A stretch of 59,381 nt of DNA, counting the filler. It is 4 parts of 4 records of this genome, joined end to end, with 100 filler letters (N's around TTAATTAATTAA, not from the genome) between each part and the next. Parts side by side here need not be neighbours in the genome. Positions count along the whole stretch, not along the records: positions 15,087 to 43,535 come from SRR31156797_16014; 3 more parts are not named here. One strand, given 5' to 3'. Position numbers and translations under genes: made by a program. The notes under the pieces were generated by a model. It was not told the origin of the DNA, did not search any database, and saw only the letters and a program-made list of their open reading frames with translations. This document shows positions 19,084 to 29,645 of this stretch, piece by piece. Position 1 is the first letter of the stretch, and every line of letters begins with the position of its first letter.

Positions 19084-20262
19084 ATGAAGCCTACGTTAAT
19101 AATTTCATTGCTTGCCTCTGCCCTCACCCTGACATCAATGCCTTCATTCGGCGGCGTTGCCAGTGGACCTGACTACCAAAAACAGGCATTCGATCAACCA
19201 GAACGAACATTTCCACTTTTCTATGAAAAGCTTAAACAGCGAATGCCTTTTACTATGGGTTGGGAAAAGAACACGCTTTCGCCTCAAGAATGGCGAACAC
19301 AAGGATTGGAAAAAGCTCGAGAGCTTATTTTTCCTTATCAGGATGATACGGCTTTTAATCCAACCGTGATTGACGAACAAGATCGTGGTGATTACATTGC
19401 CCAAAAGGTTGTGTTTAACATCAGTAATGAAAGTCGAGTACTGGCGTTAATGCTGCTCCCTAAAGGTGACGGTCCATTCCCTGCTGCTTTATTCTTACAT
19501 GATCACGGAAGTAAATTTGATATTGGCAAAGAAAAATTTGTAAAGACATGGAATGATGATGAGCGCTTAGCTTCGTCTCAAGCCTGGGCTGACAAATTCT
19601 TTACTGGCAAATATCCAGGCGATGAACTGGCTAAACGCGGCTACGTTGTACTCTCAATCGACGCATTAGGATGGGGAGATCGCTCAGTTCCAGGAATGGC
19701 GACAAATTCACAACAAGCATTAGCTGCTAACCTATTCAACTTGGGTTCTTCTTTTGCTGGTATTATTGCGTTAGAAGATGTTCGTGCTTCTGAATTCTTA
19801 GCAAGCAACCCTAAGGTTGATAAAGAACGCGTTGCCGCTGTCGGTTTCTCAATGGGTGCATTCCGTTCTTGGCAAGTCGCAGCTTTATCAGATTCGATTA
19901 CCGCAAGCATTGTCGATTGCTGGATGGGCACAATGAAAGGGTTAATGGTTCCAGGCAACAACCAATTAAAAGGTCAATCAGCATTTTCTATGCTTCATCC
20001 GAATATTGCGCGCTACCTTGATTACCCTGACATAGCGTCACTTGCAGCTCCAAAACCAATGCTAATATATGCAGGTGGAAAAGATAAGCTGTTTCCCATT
20101 GATGCCGTAAACTCAGCGTTTAGTACAATGCACTCGGTCTGGAAGGCCAATAACGCTGAAGACAAGTTAACAACAAAAATCTGGCCGGAAAAAGGTCATA
20201 CTTTCACCGAAGATATGCAAAAAGAATCCTTCGATTGGCTTGATAAACAGTTTTCTAAATAA
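19084..20262 (+). CDS. Secreted alpha/beta hydrolase (dienelactone hydrolase/Abhydrolase_7-like)
   Basis: Signal peptide; LHDHG, GFSMG nucleophile elbow, DKLF, GHTF. Confidence 0.85.
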   Translation: MKPTLIISLLASALTLTSMPSFGGVASGPDYQKQAFDQPERTFPLFYEKLKQRMPFTMGWEKNTLSPQEWRTQGLEKARELIFPYQDDTAFNPTVIDEQDRGDYIAQKVVFNISNESRVLALMLLPKGDGPFPAALFLHDHGSKFDIGKEKFVKTWNDDERLASSQAWADKFFTGKYPGDELAKRGYVVLSIDALGWGDRSVPGMATNSQQALAANLFNLGSSFAGIIALEDVRASEFLASNPKVDKERVAAVGFSMGAFRSWQVAALSDSITASIVDCWMGTMKGLMVPGNNQLKGQSAFSMLHPNIARYLDYPDIASLAAPKPMLIYAGGKDKLFPIDAVNSAFSTMHSVWKANNAEDKLTTKIWPEKGHTFTEDMQKESFDWLDKQFSK

Positions 20263-20283
20263 GCTGTTTTTGAATGTTCGTCT

Positions 20284-20316
20284 GAGCTAAGGGAGTGTGT
20301 TTTTCTTAGCTCTTTT
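20284..20316 (+). terminator. Probable intrinsic terminator
   Basis: GAGCTAAG...CTTAGCTC + TTTT. Confidence 0.55.
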
Positions 20317-20340
20317 CTTCTTATACCAACATACTTTCAA

Positions 20341-20745
20341 CTACTTTTTCATATCATACTGAGTTTGAGCATTAGTGATATCTTTTAAGTTTTGTTCGAT
20401 CCAATCCACCAACCCCGCCACTCTATGTGCTACTTCTGTACCATTAACCGTTAATTGATACTCAACGTGAGGAGGAATAACCGGATGAGCAGTTCGCAAA
20501 ACAAATCCATCGGCTTCTAACGTTTGTAGGGTTTGAGACAGCATCTTTTCGCTAATGCCGGTTATTTTTTTGCGCAGTTCACTGAACCGATGGCTGCCTT
20601 CTAGTAAAGAGAACAAAACCAATACCCCCCACTGGCTAGTAACATGCTTCAAAATAGTTCTTGATGGACACTCTTTTGCTAACACGTTTCCACGATCAAA
20701 AAGACTCGTGGTGTTTGCTGAACTGTTAGAAGTTAATGCTTTCAA
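20341..20745 (-). CDS. HxlR/DUF24 redox-sensing regulator (QorR/YtfH-like); start uncertain
   Basis: CPSR, RFSELR, SEKMLSQTL, PPHVEYQLT; divergent from a qorB-like gene. Confidence 0.9.
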   Translation of the reverse strand: MKALTSNSSANTTSLFDRGNVLAKECPSRTILKHVTSQWGVLVLFSLLEGSHRFSELRKKITGISEKMLSQTLQTLEADGFVLRTAHPVIPPHVEYQLTVNGTEVAHRVAGLVDWIEQNLKDITNAQTQYDMKK

Positions 20746-20786
20746 AATAATTCTCTTTAAATTCAATTGATTAATATAAAAACCTA

Positions 20787-20823
20787 TACTTACCAAAAGG
20801 TACGTACTTACTATTAGTTAGTA
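20787..20823. promoter_or_regulatory. Tandem imperfect palindromes, probable QorR-type operator
   Basis: TACTTACC-AAAA-GGTACGTA overlapping TACTTACT-ATT-AGTTAGTA in the divergent intergenic region. Confidence 0.6.
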
Positions 20824-20880
20824 TATCTGACACACTTAACCAAATCGAGAAATATTTAATCGCTCACTAAGGAGAAAGTC

Positions 20881-21732
20881 ATGATCGCTGTAACTGGCGC
20901 TACCGGACAACTAGGACAACTTGTCATTAAACATCTACTCACAAAAACAACTGCAGACCAAATCATCGCGCTTGTTCGTAACATCGAAAAAGCACAGCCG
21001 CTTGTGGATCTCGGCATTGAGGTGAGACAAGGCGACTATTCACAGCCAGAATCTTTAACAGCAGCATTGGATGGCGTATCGAAGTTACTACTCATTTCAT
21101 CAAGTGAAGTCGGCCAACGCGCTCCACAACACCGCAACGTTATTGATGCGGCGAAACAAGCTGGTGTGTCTCTGATTGCCTACACAAGTATTTTAAAAGC
21201 GGACACATCGCCTTTAGGTCTGAAGGATGAACACATAGAAACCGAACAATACCTCAAACAGGTTGATATTCCACATGTTCTGCTTCGTAATGGTTGGTAC
21301 ACCGAGAACTATTTAGTCAGTATTGCACCTGCTTTAGCTAATGGTGGTTTTATTGGTTGTGCAAAAGATGGGCGTATCAGCTCAGCAGCACGAGAAGATT
21401 ATGCCGAAGCAGCGGCAGCTGTACTGACCACCGAAGAGCCACAAGCTGGAAAAGTGTATGAGTTATCCGGTGACGAAAGCTATACCCTAGCTGAACTGGC
21501 CAATTTAATCAGTGAAGAATCAGGTCAAGACATTCCCTATCTAGATATGGAAGAATCTGAGTTTGTCGCTGCTTTAGAGGGCGCGGGTTTACCTACTCCA
21601 CTGGCGCAGATGCTTGCAAATTCTGATACGGGTGCGTCAAAAGGCGGTTTATTCGATGACAGCCATACACTCAGTCAGTTAATTGGGCATCCGACTCAAC
21701 CTATACGAGAAATGGTAAAATCATTTTTATAA
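20881..21732 (+). CDS. qorB: NAD(P)H:quinone oxidoreductase, atypical SDR (QorB/YtfG)
   Basis: MIAVTGATGQLG, LLLISSSEVGQR, LRNGWYTENY; AAGGAG RBS. Confidence 0.9.
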   Translation: MIAVTGATGQLGQLVIKHLLTKTTADQIIALVRNIEKAQPLVDLGIEVRQGDYSQPESLTAALDGVSKLLLISSSEVGQRAPQHRNVIDAAKQAGVSLIAYTSILKADTSPLGLKDEHIETEQYLKQVDIPHVLLRNGWYTENYLVSIAPALANGGFIGCAKDGRISSAAREDYAEAAAAVLTTEEPQAGKVYELSGDESYTLAELANLISEESGQDIPYLDMEESEFVAALEGAGLPTPLAQMLANSDTGASKGGLFDDSHTLSQLIGHPTQPIREMVKSFL

Positions 21733-21780
21733 AGCTCAAGGTCTATAATTAAACGCCAACGTCCAATAATTAATGAGGTT

Positions 21781-22323
21781 ATGCATATGGAAGTTAAAGT
21801 TCGTCATATTATGAAATCTGCACTAATTATCGTTGGCGTTCTGCTCAGTGGTTGCACTGGCAAGGACTGGCGAACAGCAAGTAGAGAACCTGCAGGCATT
21901 GCTCCTAGTCCTTCAGAAATTAATGAAGCTGTTATCGAGTTTTACGCCGCAGATGCCTTTAGTTGGCGTGGGTGGTTTGCCGTTCATACATGGCTTGCCG
22001 TAAAACCACAAGGTGCACCAGCGTATACTGTCTATGAAGTCACTGGATGGCGACAGCCTGCACTTAACCAATTCACCACTGCGACACCCGATAGATATTG
22101 GTTCGGAGCTCGACCTGAGAAAATCCTCTCAATTAAAGGCGAAAAAGCGCAACGCCTTATCCCTCAAATTCAAAATGTCGTGCCTAATTATCCTTGGGCA
22201 GATCAATACACCCTTTTCCCCGGCCCCAACAGTAATACTTTCCCTGCTTGGGTGGGCATCAAAGTTCCTGAACTTGGCCTTGAAATGCCTTTCCGGGCGA
22301 TTGGCAGTGGTTACGCTAACTAA
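21781..22323 (+). CDS. DUF3750 family lipoprotein (alternative start 21811)
   Basis: LSGC lipobox; WRTASRE, WRGWFAVHTW, PGPNSNTF. Confidence 0.85.
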   Translation: MHMEVKVRHIMKSALIIVGVLLSGCTGKDWRTASREPAGIAPSPSEINEAVIEFYAADAFSWRGWFAVHTWLAVKPQGAPAYTVYEVTGWRQPALNQFTTATPDRYWFGARPEKILSIKGEKAQRLIPQIQNVVPNYPWADQYTLFPGPNSNTFPAWVGIKVPELGLEMPFRAIGSGYAN

Positions 22324-22505
22324 CCTAAAGTACTTACTTGATGGGCCTAAAAATAATATGGGCCTATTTGTTTTCCTATCCTCTCATTTCGGTCTTTTGA
22401 CCTTGTGAGAGTAATTTTCGATTCAAAAATACAGATTAGATTGTTAGAGTCTAAAACTTACTCTCCCCATCCGCATGACTCAACAATGACAAGAACGCTC
22501 AAGTA

Positions 22506-24245
22506 ATGCAGTTATACAGACACCTAAAGTGGTTTTTCCATCAACATCGCTTCACCTACGCTATCGCAATATCCATGTTATTTACTGTTGCGATGTTAAA
22601 TATGGCCGTTCCCTGGCTTATTGGTAGCGCTATCGATAACCTGTTGCAAACTCAGGATTTCTCTCAAGCTGAATTCTATTTATTTGCGCTTGTTGGCGTT
22701 AGTATTTTTGTATACCTACTGCGTTATGGCTGGCGCAGAGTGCTCTTTGGTACCTCCTATAAGTTAGGTAACATTCTTCGCGAACAGTTTTACCATCGCC
22801 TCATGCGCCAAGGTCAGGCGTTCTACAATGTCCACTCAACTGGCGATTTAATGGCACGCGCCACCAATGATATCGACGCTGTTGAGATAGCGGCAGGAGA
22901 AGGCATTCTTTCCGGCTTTGACGGCCTAATGACCTTTGTGCTGGTTCTGATCATGATGTTTGTATTTATAGATTGGCAACTGGCTATTTTAGCGATCATC
23001 CCATTCCCTTTTATGGGTTATGGTTTTTATAAACTGTCTAACCGCATTCATCATCAATTTAAAGAAACCCTTGATTCGTTCTCAACCTTGAACGAACAAG
23101 CCCAGCAATCGATCTCTGGGATTCGTTTAATCAAATCCATGGGACGCGAAGAGATAGAATCCGACAAATTTGCGCAAATAGCTCAACGTTCAGCTCGCAC
23201 GACCTACGATGTACAACGCTCAGAAGCGCTTTTCGATCCTATCATCCAGTTGAGTTTAGGTGCGGCAATGCTCATTGCTCTACTTGTGGGTGGCTGGCAA
23301 ATCAGTGAAGAGCGATTAACCGTCGGTCAATTAACCAGCTTCACACTGTATTTGACTGAACTGATTTGGCCAATGTACGCATTCGGTTGGTTGATGAATA
23401 TCCTCCAACGCGGAAATGCAGCGATTGACCGTTTAGACTCACTACTAAAACTGCCTGATTCAGTTGAAGATAAAGGCCGCGTTGATCCTAAAGGTTACGC
23501 GATAGACGTTAACAATGTTACGTTTGACTACCCAGATACCACTCAAAGTACTATCCGCAATCTAACCCTTTCACTAGACGAAAAGCAGGTACTTGGTGTT
23601 ACTGGTGCGACTGGATCAGGGAAATCAACCCTGCTACATCTTTTGATGCGCTACTGGGAAACATCTCAAGGTAACATCACGATCAACAACGTGCCGATTA
23701 CAGATATCCCTTTGGCAAGTTTACGCGGTTTGTATGCCTATGTTCCACAAGATGCCTTCTTGTTTAGCATGTCAATAATGGAAAATATACGGATTGGAAT
23801 GCCTAACGCCAGTGATGATGATGTCAAACACGCAGCAACATTAGCCGCCGTTCATGATGACATATTACAGTTTCCAGAAGGCTACCAAACGCTGGTTGGC
23901 GAAAGAGGTGTCACTCTCTCTGGCGGGCAAAGACAACGCATTTCCATCGCCAGAGCGTTGTTAAGTCAGGCTCCCGTTTTGGTATTGGATGATGCACTTT
24001 CAGCCGTGGACGTAAAAACAGAAAAACTCATCATCGAACATCTTCAGCAGCGCAGAGAACAGAGCGTGATCGTCGTGAGCCATCGCCTTTCAGCCGTTGA
24101 ACATGCTGATGAAATTATTGTCCTTTCGCACGGTGAAATCATTGAAAGAGGCAATCATACCGAGTTAATTAAATGCGATGGTTGGTACTCGAGAATGGCA
24201 GCTTATCAGCAAATGGAACAAGCCTTGGAGAACGATCAACTATGA
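22506..24245 (+). CDS. mdlA: ABC exporter fused TMD-NBD, MdlA/SmdA-like
   Basis: TGDLMARATND, GATGSGKS, LSGGQRQR, degenerate Walker B LDDALSAVD. Confidence 0.85.
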   Translation: MQLYRHLKWFFHQHRFTYAIAISMLFTVAMLNMAVPWLIGSAIDNLLQTQDFSQAEFYLFALVGVSIFVYLLRYGWRRVLFGTSYKLGNILREQFYHRLMRQGQAFYNVHSTGDLMARATNDIDAVEIAAGEGILSGFDGLMTFVLVLIMMFVFIDWQLAILAIIPFPFMGYGFYKLSNRIHHQFKETLDSFSTLNEQAQQSISGIRLIKSMGREEIESDKFAQIAQRSARTTYDVQRSEALFDPIIQLSLGAAMLIALLVGGWQISEERLTVGQLTSFTLYLTELIWPMYAFGWLMNILQRGNAAIDRLDSLLKLPDSVEDKGRVDPKGYAIDVNNVTFDYPDTTQSTIRNLTLSLDEKQVLGVTGATGSGKSTLLHLLMRYWETSQGNITINNVPITDIPLASLRGLYAYVPQDAFLFSMSIMENIRIGMPNASDDDVKHAATLAAVHDDILQFPEGYQTLVGERGVTLSGGQRQRISIARALLSQAPVLVLDDALSAVDVKTEKLIIEHLQQRREQSVIVVSHRLSAVEHADEIIVLSHGEIIERGNHTELIKCDGWYSRMAAYQQMEQALENDQL

Positions 24246-26026
24246 ATCACGATAAAATGAAGAGTGACAAGCGTAGCTCTGGCTCCATTAAGTTGCTGAT
24301 GAGTTATGTGTTTGCTGAAAAATCGCTGTTTATTAAAACGCTGTTACTGGTCGTGCTGGCGACAGGGTTTGATGTACTTGGGCCTATGCTAAGCAAAGTC
24401 TTCATCGATGAGTTTGTTATGCAAAATCACTACCCTTTGTGGCCTGTCGTCGGAGTCATCGCGTTATTTATTCTCTCAGTATTGCTTGGTACCTACCTCA
24501 AATACCAGCAAACACTGCGTTTCCTCGATATCGCACTAAACGCCGTGTTGGACATTCGCAAGCGCGTATTCAAACACGTTCTCACGTTACCAATCTCCTT
24601 TTTTGACTATTCCCGTACTGGACAACTGGTCAGTCGAATTACGAATGACACAGAGTCGATCAAAGATATCTACGTCCAGTTTTTATCAAACATTCTGGCT
24701 AATTTGATTTTGTTAATCGGAATCCTGACTGCGATGGCGATTCTCGATCTGCAATTGATGTTGGTTGCGCTCGCTTTAATTCCCGCTGTCGTCGGTTTGA
24801 TTTATCTGTATCAAAAATTCAGCGTAAAAGCGGTGACGGAAAGTCGCCAATTACGTTCAGACATTAACGCTACAATGAATGAATCGATTAGTGGTATGAC
24901 GGTAATTCAGGCAACCAACCAGCAGACGAGTAAGCAAGATCAGTTTCAAGCGATAAACGATAAATATTACGCCACACGTCTAAAAACCGTCATCGTCGGC
25001 TCAATGTTGCTACGACCAGCCATCAACTTGTTGAGTATTCTGATCCTTGGTGGCGTCGTTTGGTTCTTTGGTTTACAAGTGGTCGAAGGCGTAGCTGAAG
25101 TCGGTGTACTTTACGCGTACTTAAACTACCTAGGCCGCTTCACCGAGCCTCTTGTTGAGATCACACAACGTTTTAGCCTATACCAACAAGCCGTCGTCGC
25201 TGGCGATCGTGTTTATGAGCTGCTACAAGAAGAAACCCCAGACCAAACAGACGTTCGTTGGCAGCAAATCGAGCATGGTAACTTGACGATTCAAAACTTG
25301 AACTTCAGCTATCAAAAAGACAAACCGGTGCTACACAACATTAATGCTGAAGTTGATGCCGGTAAGTTCTTTGCCATCGTCGGACATACAGGTAGCGGAA
25401 AATCTACGTTGCTAAGCTTATTACTCAACTTTTATCAACCGCAACAAGGCTCAATTAAAATCGATGGGCACACATTAAATCACTATGCGCCAAAAACAGT
25501 TAGACAACTTATAGGATTTATCCCTCAAGAACCCTTTGTGCAGGCGACTACAGTATTTGAGAACATCGATATGGGTCGTAATCTCAGCGAGGAAGCCGTC
25601 GTCAAAGCAGCCAAACAGGCACATCTGCATGAAGTAATTTCTCAAATGACCGATGGGTATCAAACCCAATTAGGTGAAGGTGGCTTAAGGCTTTCAACAG
25701 GCCAAAGACAACAGCTCATCATTGCCAGAGCATTAGCAGGCGCACCCAAAATTTTACTGCTTGATGAAGCTACGGCTAATATCGACAGTGAAACAGAACA
25801 AGTGGTTCAGAAAGCGCTTAATGAACTCAGAGGTAAAGTAACATTAATCGTTGTCGCACACCGCTTATCAACGATTCACCATGCCGACAGCATTATGGTG
25901 TTGGATAAGGGGCATTTAGTAGAGCAAGGTAACCATAGTCAATTGATGCAGTTGGATCACGGGCGCTATAAAGCCATGTACCAACTTCAACAGCAAGAGC
26001 GAATGGTGGCAGAAGCTGAAAAATAA
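24242..26026 (+). CDS. mdlB: ABC exporter fused TMD-NBD, MdlB/SmdB-like
   Basis: SRITNDTE, GHTGSGKS, LSTGQRQ, LDEATANIDSETE; ATGA overlap with mdlA. Confidence 0.85.
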   Translation: MNHDKMKSDKRSSGSIKLLMSYVFAEKSLFIKTLLLVVLATGFDVLGPMLSKVFIDEFVMQNHYPLWPVVGVIALFILSVLLGTYLKYQQTLRFLDIALNAVLDIRKRVFKHVLTLPISFFDYSRTGQLVSRITNDTESIKDIYVQFLSNILANLILLIGILTAMAILDLQLMLVALALIPAVVGLIYLYQKFSVKAVTESRQLRSDINATMNESISGMTVIQATNQQTSKQDQFQAINDKYYATRLKTVIVGSMLLRPAINLLSILILGGVVWFFGLQVVEGVAEVGVLYAYLNYLGRFTEPLVEITQRFSLYQQAVVAGDRVYELLQEETPDQTDVRWQQIEHGNLTIQNLNFSYQKDKPVLHNINAEVDAGKFFAIVGHTGSGKSTLLSLLLNFYQPQQGSIKIDGHTLNHYAPKTVRQLIGFIPQEPFVQATTVFENIDMGRNLSEEAVVKAAKQAHLHEVISQMTDGYQTQLGEGGLRLSTGQRQQLIIARALAGAPKILLLDEATANIDSETEQVVQKALNELRGKVTLIVVAHRLSTIHHADSIMVLDKGHLVEQGNHSQLMQLDHGRYKAMYQLQQQERMVAEAEK

Positions 26027-26110
26027 ACCACATAATAAAAGTTGATACCGGGCGAGATGACTAATGAAACCCCATTGGTTTACCACCTGACACAAATGAA
26101 AAACCGTGGG

Positions 26111-26908
26111 CTAAATGACCCCATACAAAGATACATTTTCATAGATTATCTTGGTGGTCATAATCAAGGTCACCGAGATAAACACCGGACGAACAAGCTT
26201 ATTGCCAAGTGAAAACACACATTTGCTGCCAATGATTGAACCGATAATTTGACCAGCTCCCATGATCAAGCCGACTTGATAATCAACCTGACTAAACCAG
26301 ACAAAAACCACCAAAGAAACAACATTACCGATCAGGTTGAGTGGCTTAGTTGTCATGGTCGCTTGCTTAATGGTGTAGCCAAGCAGAGTTACGAAGGCCA
26401 GCATCCAAAACGAACCCGTTCCAGGTCCAAAAAATCCGTTGTAAAAACCAATAAGCAATCCACACACAATCATAAAACGCCTGTTAGATAACAAAGCTTT
26501 TGACTGATTTTCTTCCTTTAATCTCTGACTAAACAGTGAATAGCAGGCAATAGTGACCATTAAGACTGGCAGCAGGATTTCTAACAGCGCTTTGTCTATC
26601 AAACCAACAGCAACAGTGCCAAGTACGGCACCAATAGAAGTAAATATCAAACCAAGCCACAGGCCTTGTTTGGGGCACTCCTTACTAGAAAGAAACATCA
26701 CCGAAGTCGTTAATTCTCCGATCACAGCTTGTAATCGGTTGGTACCAAGTGCTGTCATGGGAGGCAGCCCTACCAACATCAAGCTCGGTACCGTGATCAA
26801 ACCTCCACCACCAGCAATGGCATCGACAACACCCGCGATAATTGCGATAAAAAACAGAAATACATAAACCCAGTCAAACAACGGTAAATTAGAAACAGCT
26901 TCCATCAC
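26111..26908 (-). CDS. TSUP (TauE/SafE, YfcA-like) transporter
   Basis: DAIAGGGGLITVP, ALGTN, GFYNGFFGPGTGSF. Confidence 0.9.
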   Translation of the reverse strand: MMEAVSNLPLFDWVYVFLFFIAIIAGVVDAIAGGGGLITVPSLMLVGLPPMTALGTNRLQAVIGELTTSVMFLSSKECPKQGLWLGLIFTSIGAVLGTVAVGLIDKALLEILLPVLMVTIACYSLFSQRLKEENQSKALLSNRRFMIVCGLLIGFYNGFFGPGTGSFWMLAFVTLLGYTIKQATMTTKPLNLIGNVVSLVVFVWFSQVDYQVGLIMGAGQIIGSIIGSKCVFSLGNKLVRPVFISVTLIMTTKIIYENVSLYGVI

Positions 26909-27004
26909 TTGTCATCCCTAATGATAAATAGTGTGCTATTTGTATCACTCGGTTATATGTAGTTAAATTAATCATTACTTACTCAAACATTAAGGTTTAA
27001 CTTA

Positions 27005-27907
27005 ATGCTATCGTCACAAGAGATTGAATTTTTTATCACTGTTGCTGGAAGCCGCTCGCTAGCCGCTGCGGCAAGGAAGCTCAATGTCACCCCACCCAGT
27101 GTCTCTCAACGCTTGCAGAATATGGAACGTAAACTCGGGGTAAAACTCATAGACAGAAGTGCTCGCTTAACTTCACTGACAACCGAGGGCGAAGTGCTAG
27201 CCAGTAAAGGACAACAGCTAATTAGCGATCTAGAAAATCTAACTCAGGATGTTTCAGATAAAAAACTCGCTATTGCCGGTGAACTCAAATTGGTTTCTTC
27301 ATTGGGGTTTGGGGAGAAGCATATTGGTCCTCTGGCTGCTGAGTTTCAATCTCTATATCCCTCAGTGCATATTGAGCTCAATTTATCAGACATACCGAAA
27401 TGGTCGTTGCACAACAGTCCGGATATTATGTTCTACATTGGTCATCTTCAGGATTCTTCGTTAAAAAGAGTCGTGCTGGCTAAAAATCGTCGCTTGTTGC
27501 TGGCATCTCCCGATTACCTAAAATCATCACCGCCGATTAACCAACCCAGTGATCTCACGTTACACCGCTGTATTGCATTAAGAGAAAATGATGAAGATGC
27601 CACCATGTGGCGTTTAGCCCACAGCAAAAACAATAAAGCCGTAAGTTTACGAATCAACCCGATCCTTTCGAGTAATGTTAGTCGCGTAACGAAAGACTGG
27701 TGTTTAGACGGTAAAGGGATCATTCAACGATCAGAGTGGGATGTGAAAGAAGAACTAGCCACAGGGAAATTGGTTCGTGTACTACCGGATTACCAACTGG
27801 CTGAAGCAGATATCGTTGCCCTTTTGTCCTCTGAGCAATTTCATCGCTCTAAGAAAGTCACTGCATTTTTAGACTTTGTAAAACAGCGGTTACCAGAACG
27901 GTTATAA
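27005..27907 (+). CDS. LysR family regulator
   Basis: SLAAAARKLNVTPPSVSQRLQNME HTH; divergent from TSUP; ATTAAG-N6-CTTAAT palindrome at 26989-27006. Confidence 0.93.
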   Translation: MLSSQEIEFFITVAGSRSLAAAARKLNVTPPSVSQRLQNMERKLGVKLIDRSARLTSLTTEGEVLASKGQQLISDLENLTQDVSDKKLAIAGELKLVSSLGFGEKHIGPLAAEFQSLYPSVHIELNLSDIPKWSLHNSPDIMFYIGHLQDSSLKRVVLAKNRRLLLASPDYLKSSPPINQPSDLTLHRCIALRENDEDATMWRLAHSKNNKAVSLRINPILSSNVSRVTKDWCLDGKGIIQRSEWDVKEELATGKLVRVLPDYQLAEADIVALLSSEQFHRSKKVTAFLDFVKQRLPERL

Positions 27908-27922
27908 CTCACTGATATTAAG

Positions 27923-27954
27923 AAAAAAGGCAGGAACTACGAAGCTCCTGCCTT
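27923..27954 (-). terminator. Intrinsic terminator of tcyP
   Basis: AAGGCAGGA...TCCTGCCTT stem with a T-tract on the minus strand. Confidence 0.7.
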
Positions 27955-27977
27955 ATCAACATATACTTAACGCATTA

Positions 27978-29351
27978 TTAAGCTTTTTGAGATTCGAGTT
28001 CTTGGTCTGAAACTTTTTCACCCAGAATACGACTGGTAATTGTGCCCGCCGTCATCGCACCAGATACATTCAGAGCCGTACGCGCCATGTCGATGAGTGG
28101 CTCAATTGAAATCAAAAGTGCGGCAATAGTGACTGGTAGTCCCATTGCAGGAAGTACGATCAGTGCCGCAAACGTAGCACCACCACCCACACCAGCAATA
28201 CCAAATGAGCTAATAGTCACAATAGCCACCAGTGACAAAATAAATTGAATGCTCATTGGGTCAATACCCACGCTTGGCGCGACCATTACCGCAAGCATAG
28301 CAGGATAAATACCCGCACAACCATTCTGACCGATAGTCGCACCAAAAGATGCTGACAGGTTGGCAATCGCTGGTGGGACACGAAGTTTCTCGATTTGAGC
28401 TTCCACATTTAGTGGAATGGTTGCCGCTGAACTGCGTGAAGTAAACGCAAACGTCAGTACTGGCCAAATCTTAGTGAAATAGGCTTTAGGGCTCACGCCA
28501 ACAAAAGAAACCAGTACGCCGTGAACTACGAACATCAGTGCAATTGCAACATAAGAAGCAACAATAAAGCTCAGCAGGTTCAGAATGTCTGATGCACTTG
28601 ATGTCGCTACCACTTTCGTCATCAACGCTGCGATGCCGTATGGAGTGATTGCCATGATCATTTTAACCAAACGCATCACAACAAACTGTGCGTTCTCGAC
28701 AAAGTTACGAATAGACGAAGCAGACTCTTCTTTTTCTATCATCACTTTACGTGCAGCAATACCCACTAGCACACCAAAAATTACCACTGCAATAATTGAC
28801 GTTGAACGAGCACCAGCAAGATCCGCAAAAGGATTGGTAGGAATGAAGCTAATCAACATTTGTGGAATGGTTAGATCGCTAACACGCGCGGTACGACTTT
28901 CTAAAACCGCAATACGGGCAGTTTCACGTGCACCTTCTGTTAAGCCTTCAGCCGTTAGATCGAAAGCTTGGGCAATACCAATACCGATAATTGCCGAAAC
29001 TGCGGTAGTAAACAGTAAGACACCAATGGTTAAACCGGAAATTTTGCCTAGTGAGCCACCCTTTTCGAGTTTCACGACAGCAGAGATCATAGACACTAAC
29101 ACTAATGGCATGATCACCATTTTTAGTAGCCCTACATAACCACTACCTACCACTTTAACCCAATCAAGAATTTCGTTGATCACTGGGTTACCTTCACCAA
29201 AGATCAACTGCAAAGCTAGACCAAATAAGCTACCTGTTACTAAACCTAATAAAACAAGTCGAGACAGTGTGTTTTTTTTCTGTTGTTGTTGAAATAAGAA
29301 GAACAGAATACCGGCGAAAACCACTAAGGCACCGATAGCCGAGACTGACAT
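27978..29351 (-). CDS. tcyP: L-cystine:cation symporter (DAACS family)
   Basis: FAFTSRSSAATIP, IGQNGCAGIYPAML, GIAGVGGGATFA, EPLIDMARTALNV. Confidence 0.92.
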   Translation of the reverse strand: MSVSAIGALVVFAGILFFLFQQQQKKNTLSRLVLLGLVTGSLFGLALQLIFGEGNPVINEILDWVKVVGSGYVGLLKMVIMPLVLVSMISAVVKLEKGGSLGKISGLTIGVLLFTTAVSAIIGIGIAQAFDLTAEGLTEGARETARIAVLESRTARVSDLTIPQMLISFIPTNPFADLAGARSTSIIAVVIFGVLVGIAARKVMIEKEESASSIRNFVENAQFVVMRLVKMIMAITPYGIAALMTKVVATSSASDILNLLSFIVASYVAIALMFVVHGVLVSFVGVSPKAYFTKIWPVLTFAFTSRSSAATIPLNVEAQIEKLRVPPAIANLSASFGATIGQNGCAGIYPAMLAVMVAPSVGIDPMSIQFILSLVAIVTISSFGIAGVGGGATFAALIVLPAMGLPVTIAALLISIEPLIDMARTALNVSGAMTAGTITSRILGEKVSDQELESQKA

Positions 29352-29645
29352 AATACATCCTTAAAAAATAAATTAGACTGGCTGCCAGATACGTTGTCTG
29401 ACAAAGGCGCCAAAAATAGAGGTTTATGCTGCTTTTATCCAAGACATATTTATTCTTGCTTATGCAAAAAGGTTATTAATCATAAACATGTATTAGGTAA
29501 GGGATAAAGCTATCAACTGACACCACCTTCAACTCTTTGCTTACAATCCTAACGACTCACTGGATAGCGGAATACGTGAGGCTTGTTTCATCGAAATGTA
29601 CTCTCACCGTCTATAGTTACCATAATGTTTAGCTGAGATGGACGA

